From positions 2,976,001 through 3,040,000 of the forward strand of contig OZ218952.1 in assembly GCA_965112735.1 (NCBI GenBank): a DNA stretch of 64,000 nucleotides, in the 5' to 3' direction. The notes below the pieces were generated by a model. It saw only the letters and a list, made by a program, of their open reading frames with translations, was not told the origin of the DNA and did no database searches. Origin of the DNA: Phaeosaccion multiseriatum. Taxonomy: Eukaryota > Protista > Ochrophyta, other classes. Shown here piece by piece: positions 12,484-26,743 of the stretch (the stretch's first letter is position 1; each line of letters begins with the position of its first letter). Made by a program: the position numbers and the translations under genes.

Positions 12484-12630
12484 GCCTTCCATCGACCTCG
12501 ATATGTGCAAGTTGAGGTCGACATTCGTCGATGGTAGCGCTATGGCGGAGGCGACATCGAAGTCGAAAGCAATATCGACCTCGCCTTCCACCGACCTCGA
12601 TATGTGCAAGTTGAGGTCGACATTCGTCGA
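12484..12630. repeat. Direct repeat of 48 bp, 99-bp period, each copy with a (T/C)CGACCTC...GAGGTCGA hairpin
   Basis: 12484-12531 vs 12583-12630 differ at one base; the repeat lies within intronless orphan ORF 12250..12720(-). Confidence 0.85.
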
Positions 12631-12877
12631 CGTAACGGCGATACCGACCTTGGCTTCCAGATGACGGTGAAGAACAATACTGTACGATGACAGTAATAAC
12701 GCGGCCAAAAACACCCACATCCTTGTTCTGTTTGCTTTTTGTCATGTCCTTCTTTTAAAATGGCCAAATTAAAGTGTTGTAAAAAGAAAAAAGAAATCTT
12801 GCCTCATTGACATAATTCGTTACTTTTAGGCAATCTCTCCCTTTTTATGTTTCGCACCTCCTCCCTGTTGAGTAGAT

Positions 12878-13908
12878 ATGCCGAAGCCAGGGAAGCTCGT
12901 GTTCAAGGGAGACAGTGACGCCCCGAAGAAGGCCGGCAAGAAGAAGGGGAAGAAGAAGAAGAAGCGGGAAAGGGCGGAGAGGGAGGCCGGGGAGGAGGCC
13001 AGCGGAGGCAGCGGAAGCGGAGCAGCAGGTGCACCAGGAGCACGCGCAGCCGTTGATGACACCATTTACGAGCCAGTCAGGGGAACGGGTGAGTTGTATG
13101 CCCCTGAACCCCTCTATCAATCGTCCTCTCTGCTTTCATCTCTCAATAATCATTACCCTCCCGTCCCCTCTATCACCTTTTCCTCCGTCTCTTCTTCCGC
13201 CGCTGCCCGCCGGTACGTCCTCCTAACTGCCGTCCTCCTTCGCTTTGTTCTCTTTCTGCGCCTCGCAGGACGAATAACGTCGAGCGGGACGGCGGTCCAA
13301 GGCCACGGCACGAAATTCATGAGCGAGCTCAATAACGGCGATGCCATTTTAGTGACCCACCCCAGCACCTTGGTCACCGAGACAAGGCTGGTAAAAATGG
13401 TGCTGGGCAATGTGAGCATTGGCATCTCCAGCGCATTTAGCAGCGATCTCATCTCAACCACATCATTCAAGTACGTAAAGGCGCCGAGGGAGGAGGAGAC
13501 GGAGGAAATGCAAAAAACGAAGAAAAAGAAGGCCAAGCTTGACGAGGAGAAGACTGCGTTCGGGACGTATGACAGTCAGGGCGGCAAGGAGTTTGTGTAC
13601 CGCGTAAAGAAGGTGCGTGCAGTGTGTATGGGAGGGAGATAAGGGCAGCAGCAGTGGCAGCAGCAGGAGAGCGGGCCAAGCGGCAAGCCCCATTCACTCC
13701 TCGTCACACGTGTGTTTGTACGGCGATCTGCGCTTACGGGCCGCACCCTGCAACCCCCCCCCCCTCTCTCTCTCTGTCTCTCTCTCGTATTCAGGCCGGA
13801 GTGTACGGCGGGTATGAAATCATAAAGGCCTCTGCAGACGCTGGGCTCAGCCGAGAACAGCTCCTGGAAATGAGGTGTAAGAAGAAAGCGGACCGGAATT
13901 GTTATTAG
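12878..13908 (+). CDS. FRG1-like nuclear protein, 3 exons (12878-13088, 13269-13612, ~13795-13908)
   Basis: N-terminal 'KLVFKG...KKKKKRER' and C-terminal 'REQLLEMRCKKKADRNC' resemble FRG1 termini; canonical GT-AG introns keep the frame. Confidence 0.7.
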
Positions 13909-14171
13909 GCCTCTCTGCTAACAAGGCCGGGGCGATTGTAAATAAGAGAAATCGCTGATCCTCCTGCCCGCCCTCTTGCTCGCAGCCTCCATCGCCGTGT
14001 GTTCCTGTCACCTCAGTCTCTCGCTCGCTCCCTGCCAAAAAGGGAGACTCCGCTGCTGGTCACTGCCTCCTTCCTCCTTCCCGCCCGATAGTCGGGTGCG
14101 TCGAAGAAGAAGCCACGCGTGCTCGCCTGTCATGCAACACAACCCCTTCGCTGTCGCAGGGGGAGAAGCCG

Positions 14172-14283
14172 GCGTCGCCGGAATCGAGCTGGGTGGCCCC
14201 TTGTCGTCGTACGACGAGGCGATTAATGCGTCGCCGGAATCGAGCTGGGTGGCGCCATTGTCGACGTACGACGAGGCGATTAA
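14172..14283. repeat. Tandem duplication of ~56 bp, first copy containing the palindrome TCGTCGTACGACGA
   Basis: 14172-14226 vs 14228-14283. Confidence 0.85.
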
Positions 14284-14562
14284 GGCCTGTGTGCGGGGCG
14301 CCGTTGACGCCCGCCTTTGTCAATCGCGAGGGAACTCCGCCCATCGGTACAGGAAGGGAGCTCGGGGCCGTGCTACCGAGGCGAATGGGCCGGATCATTG
14401 TATCTCGTCTCTTCCCCCAGCACGTGTGTTCCTCCACCTGTTTCTCTCGAGGCGTTCGAACTCCACATTCCTTGTTTTCGCTCTCTTGAGAAGCTGCTAC
14501 CCGTAGCAAGTTCTAAAACCTGCGCGCACCGGTTAGCTCATAATCTCCACCCCCTTCTTAGC

Positions 14563-14877
14563 TCAGCGCACGGCCACTACGGGCAAACCGGGGGCTTGCA
14601 CCACTCCACCATCCTCCTGCCCCCCCTCCGAGTCTTCTTCGTCGCTCCCACCCATCACACCCTCCTCTTCACGCAGAGCCGGGAGGTCCTTCTCTGTGAA
14701 GAGGACGCGCACCTTCAGCGTGCAGCTGGGACACAAGGCCACGTCCTCTCCGTCATAGAGCTCCTCAAGGCTGATCTCGAACTTGTCACCGCAAGGACAG
14801 AGGTAGTAATACATCTGCTCTTCATCCACGTACTCCATGTCTGCTATTCTCACATCTTCGTACATGGAAGACGCCAT
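14563..14877 (-). CDS. DPH3: Diphthamide biosynthesis protein 3 (CSL zinc finger)
   Basis: 'YEDVRIADMEY...YYLCPCGDKFEISLEELYDGEDVALCPSCTLKVRV' is the typical DPH3/KTI11 signature; start taken at MASSM (14877). Confidence 0.93.
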   Translation of the reverse strand: MASSMYEDVRIADMEYVDEEQMYYYLCPCGDKFEISLEELYDGEDVALCPSCTLKVRVLFTEKDLPALREEEGVMGGSDEEDSEGGQEDGGVVQAPGLPVVAVR

Positions 14878-15647
14878 CCTCTCCGCTGCCAAAGCCCGAT
14901 AATTATCCCAGTCCAGATAAGTGGGGGCCATGGGGTGCCATCCACGATGACCCAAGGGGGGGGGGGTGCAATCGGTACTCGCACAGCGGCCTTGGCAGCA
15001 AGAAGCAAGAGCGCGACGCAGGCAACAGGTGAGAGGGGAAGCACACCCATTCTATTTGCTGTGGTTTGAGGTGAGGCAGCTGGAGAGGAGGTTGAGCGCA
15101 CCCGTAGCAGCAGAAGGGTCCTGAATAGGCCATCCGCCAACAGGGAGAAGTAAATCATCGGAGCTGCCTACGGGCAACGAACGGCATGATCAAGTGGGAG
15201 ATGTGCTGGTGGTGTGCTGGTCGTGGGCAGGATTCTGTGATGATGTTCTCAGGCGCCCCTACTGGTACCCATCGAAAGCTTCTCGTACTTTTCCCGTCAA
15301 ATCAAACGGTGTTTTTCTCTTCGACCTGTCCTTGTCCCTCGCCGGCTGTCACCCGTCCTCTATCAGCGTCGGGTATTCCGGCATCCCATAACTTTTCCTT
15401 CTGAGCATGTGTCCTGTCGCAGGGCAAGCCACCGCTCACAAGTTTGTCTTGCCTTTTCACTTTTGGCCTCTTTTCTACTGGTGGTACAGTGGGTGCGACA
15501 ATTCACGGGACTGCACGCGAGAGACTTGAAAGAGGCTAAGGGGACGTATGTCTGCATGTTCGCGGTGGGTCCTGCAAGCGGAGTGAGCGATTTTTCTGGG
15601 GGAATTCACGACAGGTCCTGGGGTGGGGGGGTGGGGACAAAGCTGTA

Positions 15648-17879
15648 ATGGAGGAGCTTCCACCGCTGGAGGCGGGCGATGCCCCTACCACCAATGGTAG
15701 TAGTGCTTCTTCGGAATTTCTCTCAGGGCAGGATTTCCCAGAGCAGCTTGAAGGTACCGAAACGTTGCTGGCCGGGCAACCAGCGCCAGCCTTGGGCACT
15801 GTCTTTGTAGAGAAGACGGCTTCTGAAGAAGCATCTACGCAGGCGCAGCAGGAGTCAGCACCAGCGCACTTTGTGGAACAGGCTAGTGAAAAGACTGAGA
15901 AAGAAGAGGAGGAGAGTGGTGGTGGTGGTGGTGGTGAGGAGGAGGAGGTGGAGGCGCAATCACTAGTAAATGGAGCGGGCGACGGAGAGCAAGGAACGGA
16001 GGAGGGATCATCACTCATAGCTGCGACTGATCCTTCGGAAGGGAATGCACCAGTGGCAGAAGAAGCGCAGGGAGTACAGCCAGCAACAGAAGGAGGAGTA
16101 CCGGCTGCACTGGACAGCTCCGAGGGAAATGGTGCCAGCACAGCAGACGCAAACACGAACGGGCTCCTGAGTCCTGTGGAGGGGGCGGAGGCAGCAGCAG
16201 CAACAGAAGAAGCCGTAACAGAAGAAGTAGCAGCAGCAGCAGCAGTAGTAGCAGCAGCACCGGTGGTAGGGAACGGCCCCAGTGAAATGGAAGTGGAGGA
16301 GGGGGGAGAAGCAGGGGCGTTGCCAAAAGCAGAAGGTGACCAGGAGATGGACGTCGAGAAGGAAAACGGCGAGCACGCAGCCCCAGAGAAGGATGGAGGG
16401 GGTGTTTCATCAGGTATGGATGGGCAGCAGCAACCGCCTGAAGCGGGGACTAATGATACGGCCGAAATGCCTGCGGCGTCTCCTGCTGCGCCAGAGACAC
16501 AAGCAGAGGCAGAAGCCGGTCAACAAGGGACGGAGGCTGTCAGTGCGGACGGCAAGGGAGCGGGGCCTTATGTGACTGATGACGAACGGAATGAGATTTT
16601 GAAGCGTGCGCAAGCGGCCTTTGAGAGCGCGGCATCGTTGGCCCCGGGAGACGTGGCCCTCTACGGCGCGGCTGTGCCCACCGTATGGGACGACGAAGAA
16701 ATGGTCATCCTTGATGAAGGGTTGAAGCAGTACCCTGCAGAGGCAGTGAGCAACATGACTCTCTATCTAAAGCTGGCATCACTCCTACCAAAGAAGTGCG
16801 TCCGAGAAGTGGCTGCCAAGATAAAGGCGATACAGGATGGTCACCGGGTGACGTACAATGCCGTGGTGAACAGACAACAGCACGCCATGTACGCCGCAAG
16901 CGGTGGGGACGGGAGCGGGAGGGGTCAGGGAATGGGCAGTCCGATGATGTTCTCACCAGGAGGGGGAACACCGCAGGGGGGTATGCAACCGTTCTCGACC
17001 GGACAAGCACACCTCAACGACCGGGCCATGGAAAACAACGTCAATCAGATTTTAACGGTAAGCAGTAGTAGGGTAACAACAGGAGGGAAGATATCTTCGT
17101 TCAATACTCACGCACACCACGTGGTACCCATCTGCTTGCGGTCGCTGTTGTCACCGGCGCTCACTGACGCTCTCTGCGCGCGCTCTCTCTGTGGCTCTCT
17201 CCCTCTCTGTCTCTCTCTCTGCGGTTTCCGCGTTGCCGCCCCCTTCGTTCTCTCTCTGTGTGTACCTCCCTCCCTCCGATGTACAGGACAACATGGCGAC
17301 GATTGCGCACATCAGGAATAACATCCTATCCGGGAGGATGGGAGACAACTATGGGCTGATGCACAGATTCACCGAGAACGTTGGGGAGGTGCTGGAGATG
17401 CTCAACACTCTGCCCTTGAGAATGCCGCCTCTGCCAGTGCAAGTGAGTGCGTGCGCGTAGATCTTCATTCAGACTGCCCCAACCCCCCCTCTCCTATTGT
17501 CTGTCGCAACACCAGTAAGACTTGTGTCGTGCTTGTGCTTCCTGTCTTGTCTTCCTTGTCCACTTTTCCGCGCTGCCGTAACATTCAGCTCATGCCTTCC
17601 TTCTTCCCATCTTTCGTGTTTGTTCCTTGCTTGCAGATTAACACTTACCTGTTGACACAAGGCGGGGCTGGAGGGCCCGGAGGGGGCGGAGACGGCTCGC
17701 ACATGAGGGGAATGGGCGGTAAGCCGTCTCCTCCCCGAAATGGAGACTCTTCCGCCGCCGTCAGCGTCATGGGCGGACCTGTCGCCGCCACAGGCCATCC
17801 TCCGTCCCCCAGTCCGTATCCGCAGCAAGCAAGTGGGGGAGGAAAGAGAAGTAGCTCAGGCTCAGGGTATCGAGTGTAG
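15648..17879 (+). CDS. SANT/Myb-like + DUF3755-like protein with long acidic disordered N-terminus, 3 exons (15648-17057, ~17288-17442, ~17637-17879)
   Basis: 'WDDEEMVILDEGLKQYP...LYLKLASLLPKKCVREVAAK' and 'DNMATIAHIRNN...RMPPLPVQIN' resemble the plant DUF3755 family. Confidence 0.75.
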
Positions 17880-18309
17880 CTCTGCTCTCTTTTATGTTAT
17901 CCTCATTCACGGTAGGAAGAAAGCTTCAGGGAGTTAGTAAATAGGTGTCCGCATCGCAGCGCAGCCTGGGCAGTCAACTCTCAATAACATAACATGACAT
18001 AACATCAACCCCTGATGCACTATCCGCTATCGGGCCCCGGCCGCGCACTGTCGAGAATGTAAGCATTCCTAAACACTCATCCTTTGGCAAAGGGCTTTTC
18101 ATTACTTTTAGGCAGGCTCATTTCCTCTCTGAACCAAAGCCAACGCGCTATGAGGAGACGCATTGTGAATGAGGTGCTGCTGAGAGGGCACGTGGGGACG
18201 AAGCTCAGAACGAGGCCGCCGGGATGGTAAGCTCTCCGCCTCTCCCGCTTTGTATCCCCCGACCTCTGATGTCTCTGGGTGTCCTTCTATGTGATACAGG
18301 ACGCTGCCG

Positions 18310-19264
18310 ATGCGACGGTGCCTGCCGCCCTTGCCGATGTCTAGCCGTAGCTTCACAGCAGCCGTGGTGGGACGAGGGAAGAGTGGGAGCAGCAGCAGCA
18401 GCAACAGCAGCAACAGCAGCAGCAGCAGCAGCAGAGGGAGGTACGAGATGCGGCTAAGCAGTAGCAAAAGCAGTAATAGTAGGAGCAGCAGCAGGAGGTA
18501 CTTATCTTCGGGTCGAGGCACTCGAGGGGGCGGGTTCCGACAAGGCGACGGCGACAACTCCAATCCCCTCAACATGGGCTTCGACTTGTTTGGGGACGCG
18601 GACGCGGACAAAGCCGTCATCACGGGGTACGACCCCGATGGCTTTTGGTTCGGCGAGACACTCATAAAGGGGTCGGTGCTTGTGTTCCCGACGGACAAGG
18701 TGCTGTGGGCACCCACGCAACTCTCGGAAATCACTATTGAGAGTCTGAAGCTGGTGGAGCTGGCCGAGCCCAAGATAGGTACGAGTTGCCCTCAACCAAC
18801 CAACCAACCAACCAACCAACCAACCCTCTCTTTACCTCCTCAGCTGGCTAATCTTGACCGGGCGATTCTTAGCTCGCTTGTGAACACCTATCTGCCAGAG
18901 GTCCTGTCTGCTCCCCTTCCCCCCAGTGCCTCAAACACGCTATGCCTTTTCTCTTATGTGCCTCTCTTCGCTCTTTCTCTCTCTCTCTCTCTCTCTTGTC
19001 CTTGTCATGTGACGCGCAGAGCTCTTGATTGTGGGTGTGGGTGGCAGACAGAAGAAACGACTGCCGGCCTCTTTTGAGTCTCACTTCTTGAAGCAGGGCA
19101 TTGCCATCGAGCAAATGGACTCGCCCCACGCCCTGTCTACCTTCAACATTCTCAACGCGGAGGATCGGAGGGTAGCGGTGGCCCTTCTTTCCATTGAGCC
19201 CTTCGACCACAGCGAAGCGAAGCTACCGGAAGAGCTGGAGTTTGACTACAACAAGAAGTACTAA
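18310..19264 (+). CDS. NDUFAF3: NDUFAF3 / Mth938 (DUF498) complex I assembly factor, mitochondrial, 2 exons (18310-18778, 19020-19264)
   Basis: R/S-rich presequence; 'ITGYDPDGF...GSVLVFP...LW', 'PKIELLIVGVG', 'GIAIEQMDSPHALSTFNILNAEDRRVAVAL'. Confidence 0.9.
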
Positions 19265-19918
19265 GTATAATAAAAGAATTGCATCACTTGGGCAGGCCAT
19301 CCGGGGGCTTGCCCCCCTTTTCCGCACGAACTGGCCTCACGGCAAAAGAGTCGGGGAGGTGGAAACAGACCGAGGAGGGGAAGACTGTGGACACTTGCTG
19401 AGAAAGAAGCACCTCCCGGTGTTTCTTTTCTGATGCACCAAACCACGTCTCTCCCCACCGAAGAAGGCCTGCCGTGAGCCCTTGCGGCCAGCCAGCCACG
19501 GTGCGACGAATGGTGACAAGAATAAAGACCGGAGACCGGGGATGATAGAGACCGATACAACGCACAAGAACGGACAACTAAGATTTTACCTTGCTCTCCG
19601 TCGCGCCCCTCTTTGGATCAGAAGGCGGGGGGGGGTCTAACTGACGAGCCGAACATGCCAAAGTTGCTCCTGCTCCTCTCTCTCACGCTCCTCCCCGAGC
19701 AACAAGTCCATCCTCCCTCCCAGCCTTTCGTGCTTCCGTCTGCCCACCCTCTCTCTCCCTCTCTCACTCGCTTCGCTGAGTCGCGTACTATAGTTTGATC
19801 CAAATGCTAAACATCACGCTCTGTCTCTCTCCCTCTCACACACTCCCCTGTCTGTCTGTCTGTCTGTCTGTCTGCCTGTCTCTCTGCCGGCCTGCCTGCC
19901 AAGCCTCGCATATATAAA

Positions 19919-21657
<1,739 letters not shown>

Positions 21658-21955
21658 CTAGAGCACAGCGAGCTCCTCCCCCCCGGGGGATTTCAGTTTC
21701 AATTTCTGTCCGTGTGCCCGTCCCCCTTTGAGTGAGGAGCAGGCCCGCCTGATGCAGCGGCCACCGAGCGAGCGTGCTGGTCCTGCTGGGAACCTCGGCG
21801 GCAAAGCGCTCCCGAAGTTCAGGGAAGGTAAGGTTGGAGGCAAGAGAAGAAGAGGAGACAGAAGAAAACCTTCCCCAAACCCTTTTTCTTCTTCCCCCTT
21901 TTGTCGGCTTCTTTCTTTGATGTCTGTCCACTGTCCATCAGATCCAGAGAACTGT

Positions 21956-22682
21956 ATGAGCAATATGACGGTCCTTCCGGAGCCGGCCTCGGTGTCACAC
22001 TACGGCGGCACCAAGAGGCAGAGTAGGCGCCAAAGCCTGGTTGCAGGGGGTTTGTTGCTGATCCTTGGCTTTGCACTGGTCAAGCTGCCCATGGACCAGA
22101 GAAGCTACGCACGTACAGCGGCTTGGAGGGCGACAAGGGGGGAGCCACAGCCTCCATCATCGTCTCCTAGGACGGGGGGCATGGTTCGGCTGGCGGATGT
22201 GAAGCCTCAGGCCATCAACCACAGCGCCAACCCCGGCTTTAAGCAAGTCTTGATCACCAAGGGCCAGGTACGAAAGGGACATCATGCCTGAAGAGGACAG
22301 AGTTTGGAGTGTGAATGAAGAACGTTGCTATCTTCCCCTTTATGCTTCCATCCCCTTCCTCCCCCCCCCCCCCTCTCTCTCTCTCCTAAGGCTTCCCTCG
22401 CGTCTGACGCCCCATACCACTCCCCAAAAGGTCCCCCGCGTGACTAGCTTCGCTCAAGCGGAGATCAAAGTGAATGGCACGGTGGAGCAGCACAGCCATG
22501 CCACCAAGGACGAGGTGTTCTTTGTGTCGGAGGGCGTGGGCATCTTCACCGTCATGGGGAGAGACATTGAGGCTGCCCCGGGGCTTTGTGTTCACGTGGC
22601 CGCAGGACAGCAGCATCGAATAGTAAACACAGGGTCTCAGCCCTTGGTGTTGCTGTACTTTGGTGTAGATGTGGGGACCTGA
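21956..22682 (+). CDS. Membrane-anchored cupin-domain protein, 2 exons (21956-22267, 22431-22682)
   Basis: TM segment 'LVAGGLLLILGFALV'; cupin motifs 'HSHATKDEVFFVSEG' and 'VAAGQQHRIVNTG'. Confidence 0.82.
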
Positions 22683-23611
22683 GCCTGAGGCAAGAGGAGG
22701 GCATCTGGTCCCCTCTTACCGTAGCTATGCACTCGCCGCACGATTAGGCTCAGCACCATCAGCACCAGCAGGCCGGCTTCGTTGGACTGCTCTGCTGCTG
22801 CCTCAGCTCCGGGCGGCGCCCCTTCTTCCCGTCGTCCTGCGGCCATTGGGGGCCTCCTCTATCGTAGCAGGGAAGCAGAGTCCTGGCCTCCTGTCGTGCC
22901 GAGCAGCCCCTCTTGCTGGACAGATCGAGTCGGGGGTTTGATCTGCCAATGGCGTGTAATGCCTGAGGTCAATGTGCTGCGCGGCGGGCGGGGCCTGTTT
23001 GCTCTCTTCTTCTGGGTTGGTCGACGCGACACGATGCACGAGACTGAAGAACACGGACGCTTCTCTCTGGAAGGGCACCCACACCACATCTTATGCTCGC
23101 TGGCCGGAGCCATCCTCAGTGGGCGGTGTGGCTCAGCAACTGTACTGCATTGCTGCTTGGGGGGACTCTGGTGTCTCCTCATCGTGTCTGCTGCGCCACG
23201 GGGCGTGACGCTTGGGCATGAGGGTTGGGCGTCGCATCGCATGGGGTCGGGACGGGAGGGGGGAGAGCGCCGTCTCTCTTGTCTCGCACGCGTGCTACTC
23301 AACACTCAGTGACGCCGTTCGCGTGGGCAGTGTGCGTGGACAACAGGTCCACCCGCTTCGAACAGCTCTCTCGGAGTTCCCCTCTGCGCTGCTCGTTGCC
23401 TCAGATGTACAAACTCACACTGTACGTAACCTATTGTGTAAATCATGTATGATACATATACTTATGAACTTCTCGCCTGTCGTCGACTTCTCGCCCCTCG
23501 TCTCCCGCCCGCCGGCCGCGCCGGCCCCGCGTCCATGTCAGGATTCAACAAATGGCGTGAATTACAACATGCGCTCTCAGTGCCCTGAAAGGTCAATAAA
23601 GGGTGCAATAA

Positions 23612-25384
23612 ATGCCCTTGAAAGCCCTGACGCTGGGGCATGGAATAGCCTCCTCTCTGTCGGAGCACGGCTTCGTTGCTGTTCGTCAACTACTCTCTAA
23701 CAGTGGTGAGGGAGATGCCCATGCGGCCCAGGCTCAGCTTCTCGAAGACCTCCGCGCAGAAGCAGACACTCTGAGCTCAGGGCTCACCGAAGACGATTTC
23801 GTTGAGAAAGTACGTTCCGCTCTGCTGCAGCTGCTGCTGCTGCTGCTGCTGCTGCCCCAATCTTTGTTGGTTCATCGCTTTCTCTTCTCTGCTCGGTTTT
23901 GTGCACAGGGGTGTGCCCTGGACTTTTTCTCGGATCCTCGCAACCATGTGCTCACAGAAGACCACCCTGCGCGGTGTGACAGGAGCGCATACTTGGCACT
24001 CCGCTGGAAGCAACACACAGACGCGGCTACGAATCTGGAGCCTCGGTAGGACGCTACGCGAACGAAAAGTGAAGTACAGCTGGGGTGGCGTTCTTATTTG
24101 CTCTGCTGCTCCCCGCCCGCTGATGCCATGCCAACAGTTCGAGAATCGAGAATTTTATTTTCTGCACTCTCTCCACTCTGGCCTTCTGTGGCCTGCATCG
24201 CGACGAGGCAGACGAGCACAGTACTGCTGTTTACCTGTTCAACGAGCAGTACATCACGAAGCCCCCGGATAGTCCCATTGAGTTTAGATGGCACACGGTA
24301 GGTCATCCTCGTTACGTACCTAAGCGTCACCCTCCTCTGGTATGTAGCCCGCTTTTACTCACAGAGCCTCTTGAACCCCCGCTCAACGCTTGCAATCTTT
24401 CCAACGACGTGAAGGACGCTCAGGAGCAGCTTGCCATGTGTGCCACTCCTCAGGAGAACCACCCGCTGTACATCTCGGTGTGGGTGGCGCTCGATGACGC
24501 AACCGAAGAGAACGGTTGCCTTTGCCTCTATCCGCAGAAGCAACAGGAGCAAGAGCAGCAGCAGGAGAAGGTATGCAACAAGAGTATGGTGGAGAGATGA
24601 ATGAAGTACTTCCCAAGGAGGGGGGTAGGTGGGCCCCCTGGGGTTGATTGCTCTGTGCGAAGTGGACAGTGTGGGGATGGAAGTGACGGGCGCCGAGTCA
24701 CTCTGTGCTGTGCGACACCACACTTGTCTCTCTCGTCTGCACGTCTATTGTCACTCCACCACCATGCCGCCACCACTACACTCGGGTCACTCTCCTACTA
24801 CGTGCTGCCAGGCGAAACGTGCTTCCCTGCAGAATGATTACACTTCTTCCGCTGTTGTGTCCGACGCGCCACCTCACGACGAGAAGTCCATCTTCCTCCG
24901 GGCAGCGAGTGGCGATGCGGTCTTCTTTCTCTCGACACTGTGGCACTGCTCGGGCCCCAACAGAACCACCCGGGCACGACGCGCATTCTATGCACAGTAC
25001 AGCGGCGAGGTCATCACGCCCACAAGGCATGAGGCTAAGCCTCTCTTGTTCGCAGTGCCTTGCGAGTCTGCCGCCCCTGCTGCTCCTGCTGTACGTGAAG
25101 GGACGGAGGGGCCCGGCCTTGTGGACTCGACGGGTTGGTTCACCAACAAGGAGGAGTGGGACTTTGCATTGGCGACGACCGTGGGTCCGCGCACTCAACG
25201 AGAAGGAGGAGAGGGCTCCGAAAAAGGAGGAGGTGTGGCAGTAGGGCGAGGGCGAAACGGAGAAGAAGGGGGAGCACAAGGCGGCCAAGGAGGAATCGAA
25301 CTCCAACGCAACGCCTCTTCGCTTCCTGCTTTGGCACCACCCCACCAGGCCGAGGCTTCTAAGCGGAGAAAACTAGGCGACTGA
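23612..25384 (+). CDS. Phytanoyl-CoA dioxygenase (PhyH)-family Fe(II)/2OG oxygenase, ~5 exons
   Basis: 'YLFNEQYITKPP...FRWHT|D' (HxD split by an intron), 'ISVWVALDDATEENGCL', 'GDAVFFLSTLWHCSGPNRTTRARRA'. Confidence 0.88.
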
Positions 25385-26435
25385 GTGCCCCCTCTTCCAC
25401 TGTTGGACCAGAGAGAGAGACAGAGTACGTACTGCCCCGAGACCTTGAACCAAAGGACAAGCCAGCAAGCCCACGGCGGCCGTGACTGAGGAACGATGGA
25501 GGAGAACAGATGACCTTGGACGGGGAGTTCATTAAAAAACGCTTGCAACTGCAAATTCATCGGGCATCGGGTCCATGGGCTTGACGGCCTGCGAGTAGGG
25601 CATGCTCAAGGTCGCGCGAATGAGGGAGGGGTGATTGAAAGAGTGAGCCGAGGAGGAGTCCGAGTTCGGCCGCTCCTTCGCCTTGGCAGCAGACGCTGAG
25701 TGGGAGTAGGCGAGAGAAAGCCCCCACTACGAGGTCGCAAGGTCGCTCACGGTTTCATATGCTCCCGGCCCGACGACAAAATGATCCTACGTATAGAGTA
25801 CCTTGCCCTACTGAGTGAGGAAGTCAAATCCACGATCGGACGTCGCCATCTGCTGACTGAATGAGGAGGAAGTCGACGAATGAGCATGACGAGGGGCCAG
25901 CGAATCGAATCGAAGCAAGCAGTCTTCGCTCGCCCCGCTTTTTCCCACCGGCGCCCTCCCTTACAGCTGAGAAGAGAAGAAAAGAGTGGCTGCAGCTGAG
26001 AAGAGAAGAGAAAAAGCCCCAGCGCATCACCACAGTGGAGATGATAGGGTGAGGGCGTTCGGACGGAGCGCGATGGCACCGAAAGGGGACTCGTAAGACA
26101 GGCTCAATACCTCAATACGATAGGGTCAGGATGATCAAGTCTGATGCACAGTGAAGTCATTCCAACACCTTACTCCTTCCATTCCATCATATTTATATTT
26201 CTCTCTCTATGGCATTTACTTTGAAGTACCTGAGTGAGCAAAACTGAAGTTTGCGTTTGGTGCGTCCAAAGCTTTTGTGTGAATAAAGTCCTCTCCTCCC
26301 CACGAGGAGATCTCCCCGCAGATTCATTCGGATCGGCTTCATTGGACCCCCGATCTCCTCCCTCCCCCCCCCCTCCACCCATCGATGGATTATGTCGCCC
26401 CACTTCGCTTTAGTCTAACTGTAACTCACACTGAC

Positions 26436-26707
26436 TTACTTGCCCTTGGCCGCCTGCTGTTCCTTAAAGTCCAGCAATGAATCCACCCTATCAAGCATTG
26501 CAAACTCCTCATCCGAAAGAGCCATTTGGCCCTTCTCCTGCACCACCTTGCTGCGCATCACGTTGATTGCTGCTTCTGATCGATCGGTCACACCCCCGAC
26601 GGTCACCATCTTGCTCAGCCCGAACCCCGTCAGGTCAACACCCTCCAGCGTAGCCAGCTTTCCGTCCACGTCTAGCACAACAGCGATGCCTAAGTCGTGA
26701 CGCAGGC

Positions 26708-26743
<36 letters not shown>

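Noticed and set aside
22683-23611. Gene in the cupin-PhyH interval
   Set aside because: Several short ORFs but no recognisable motif or consistent exon chain.
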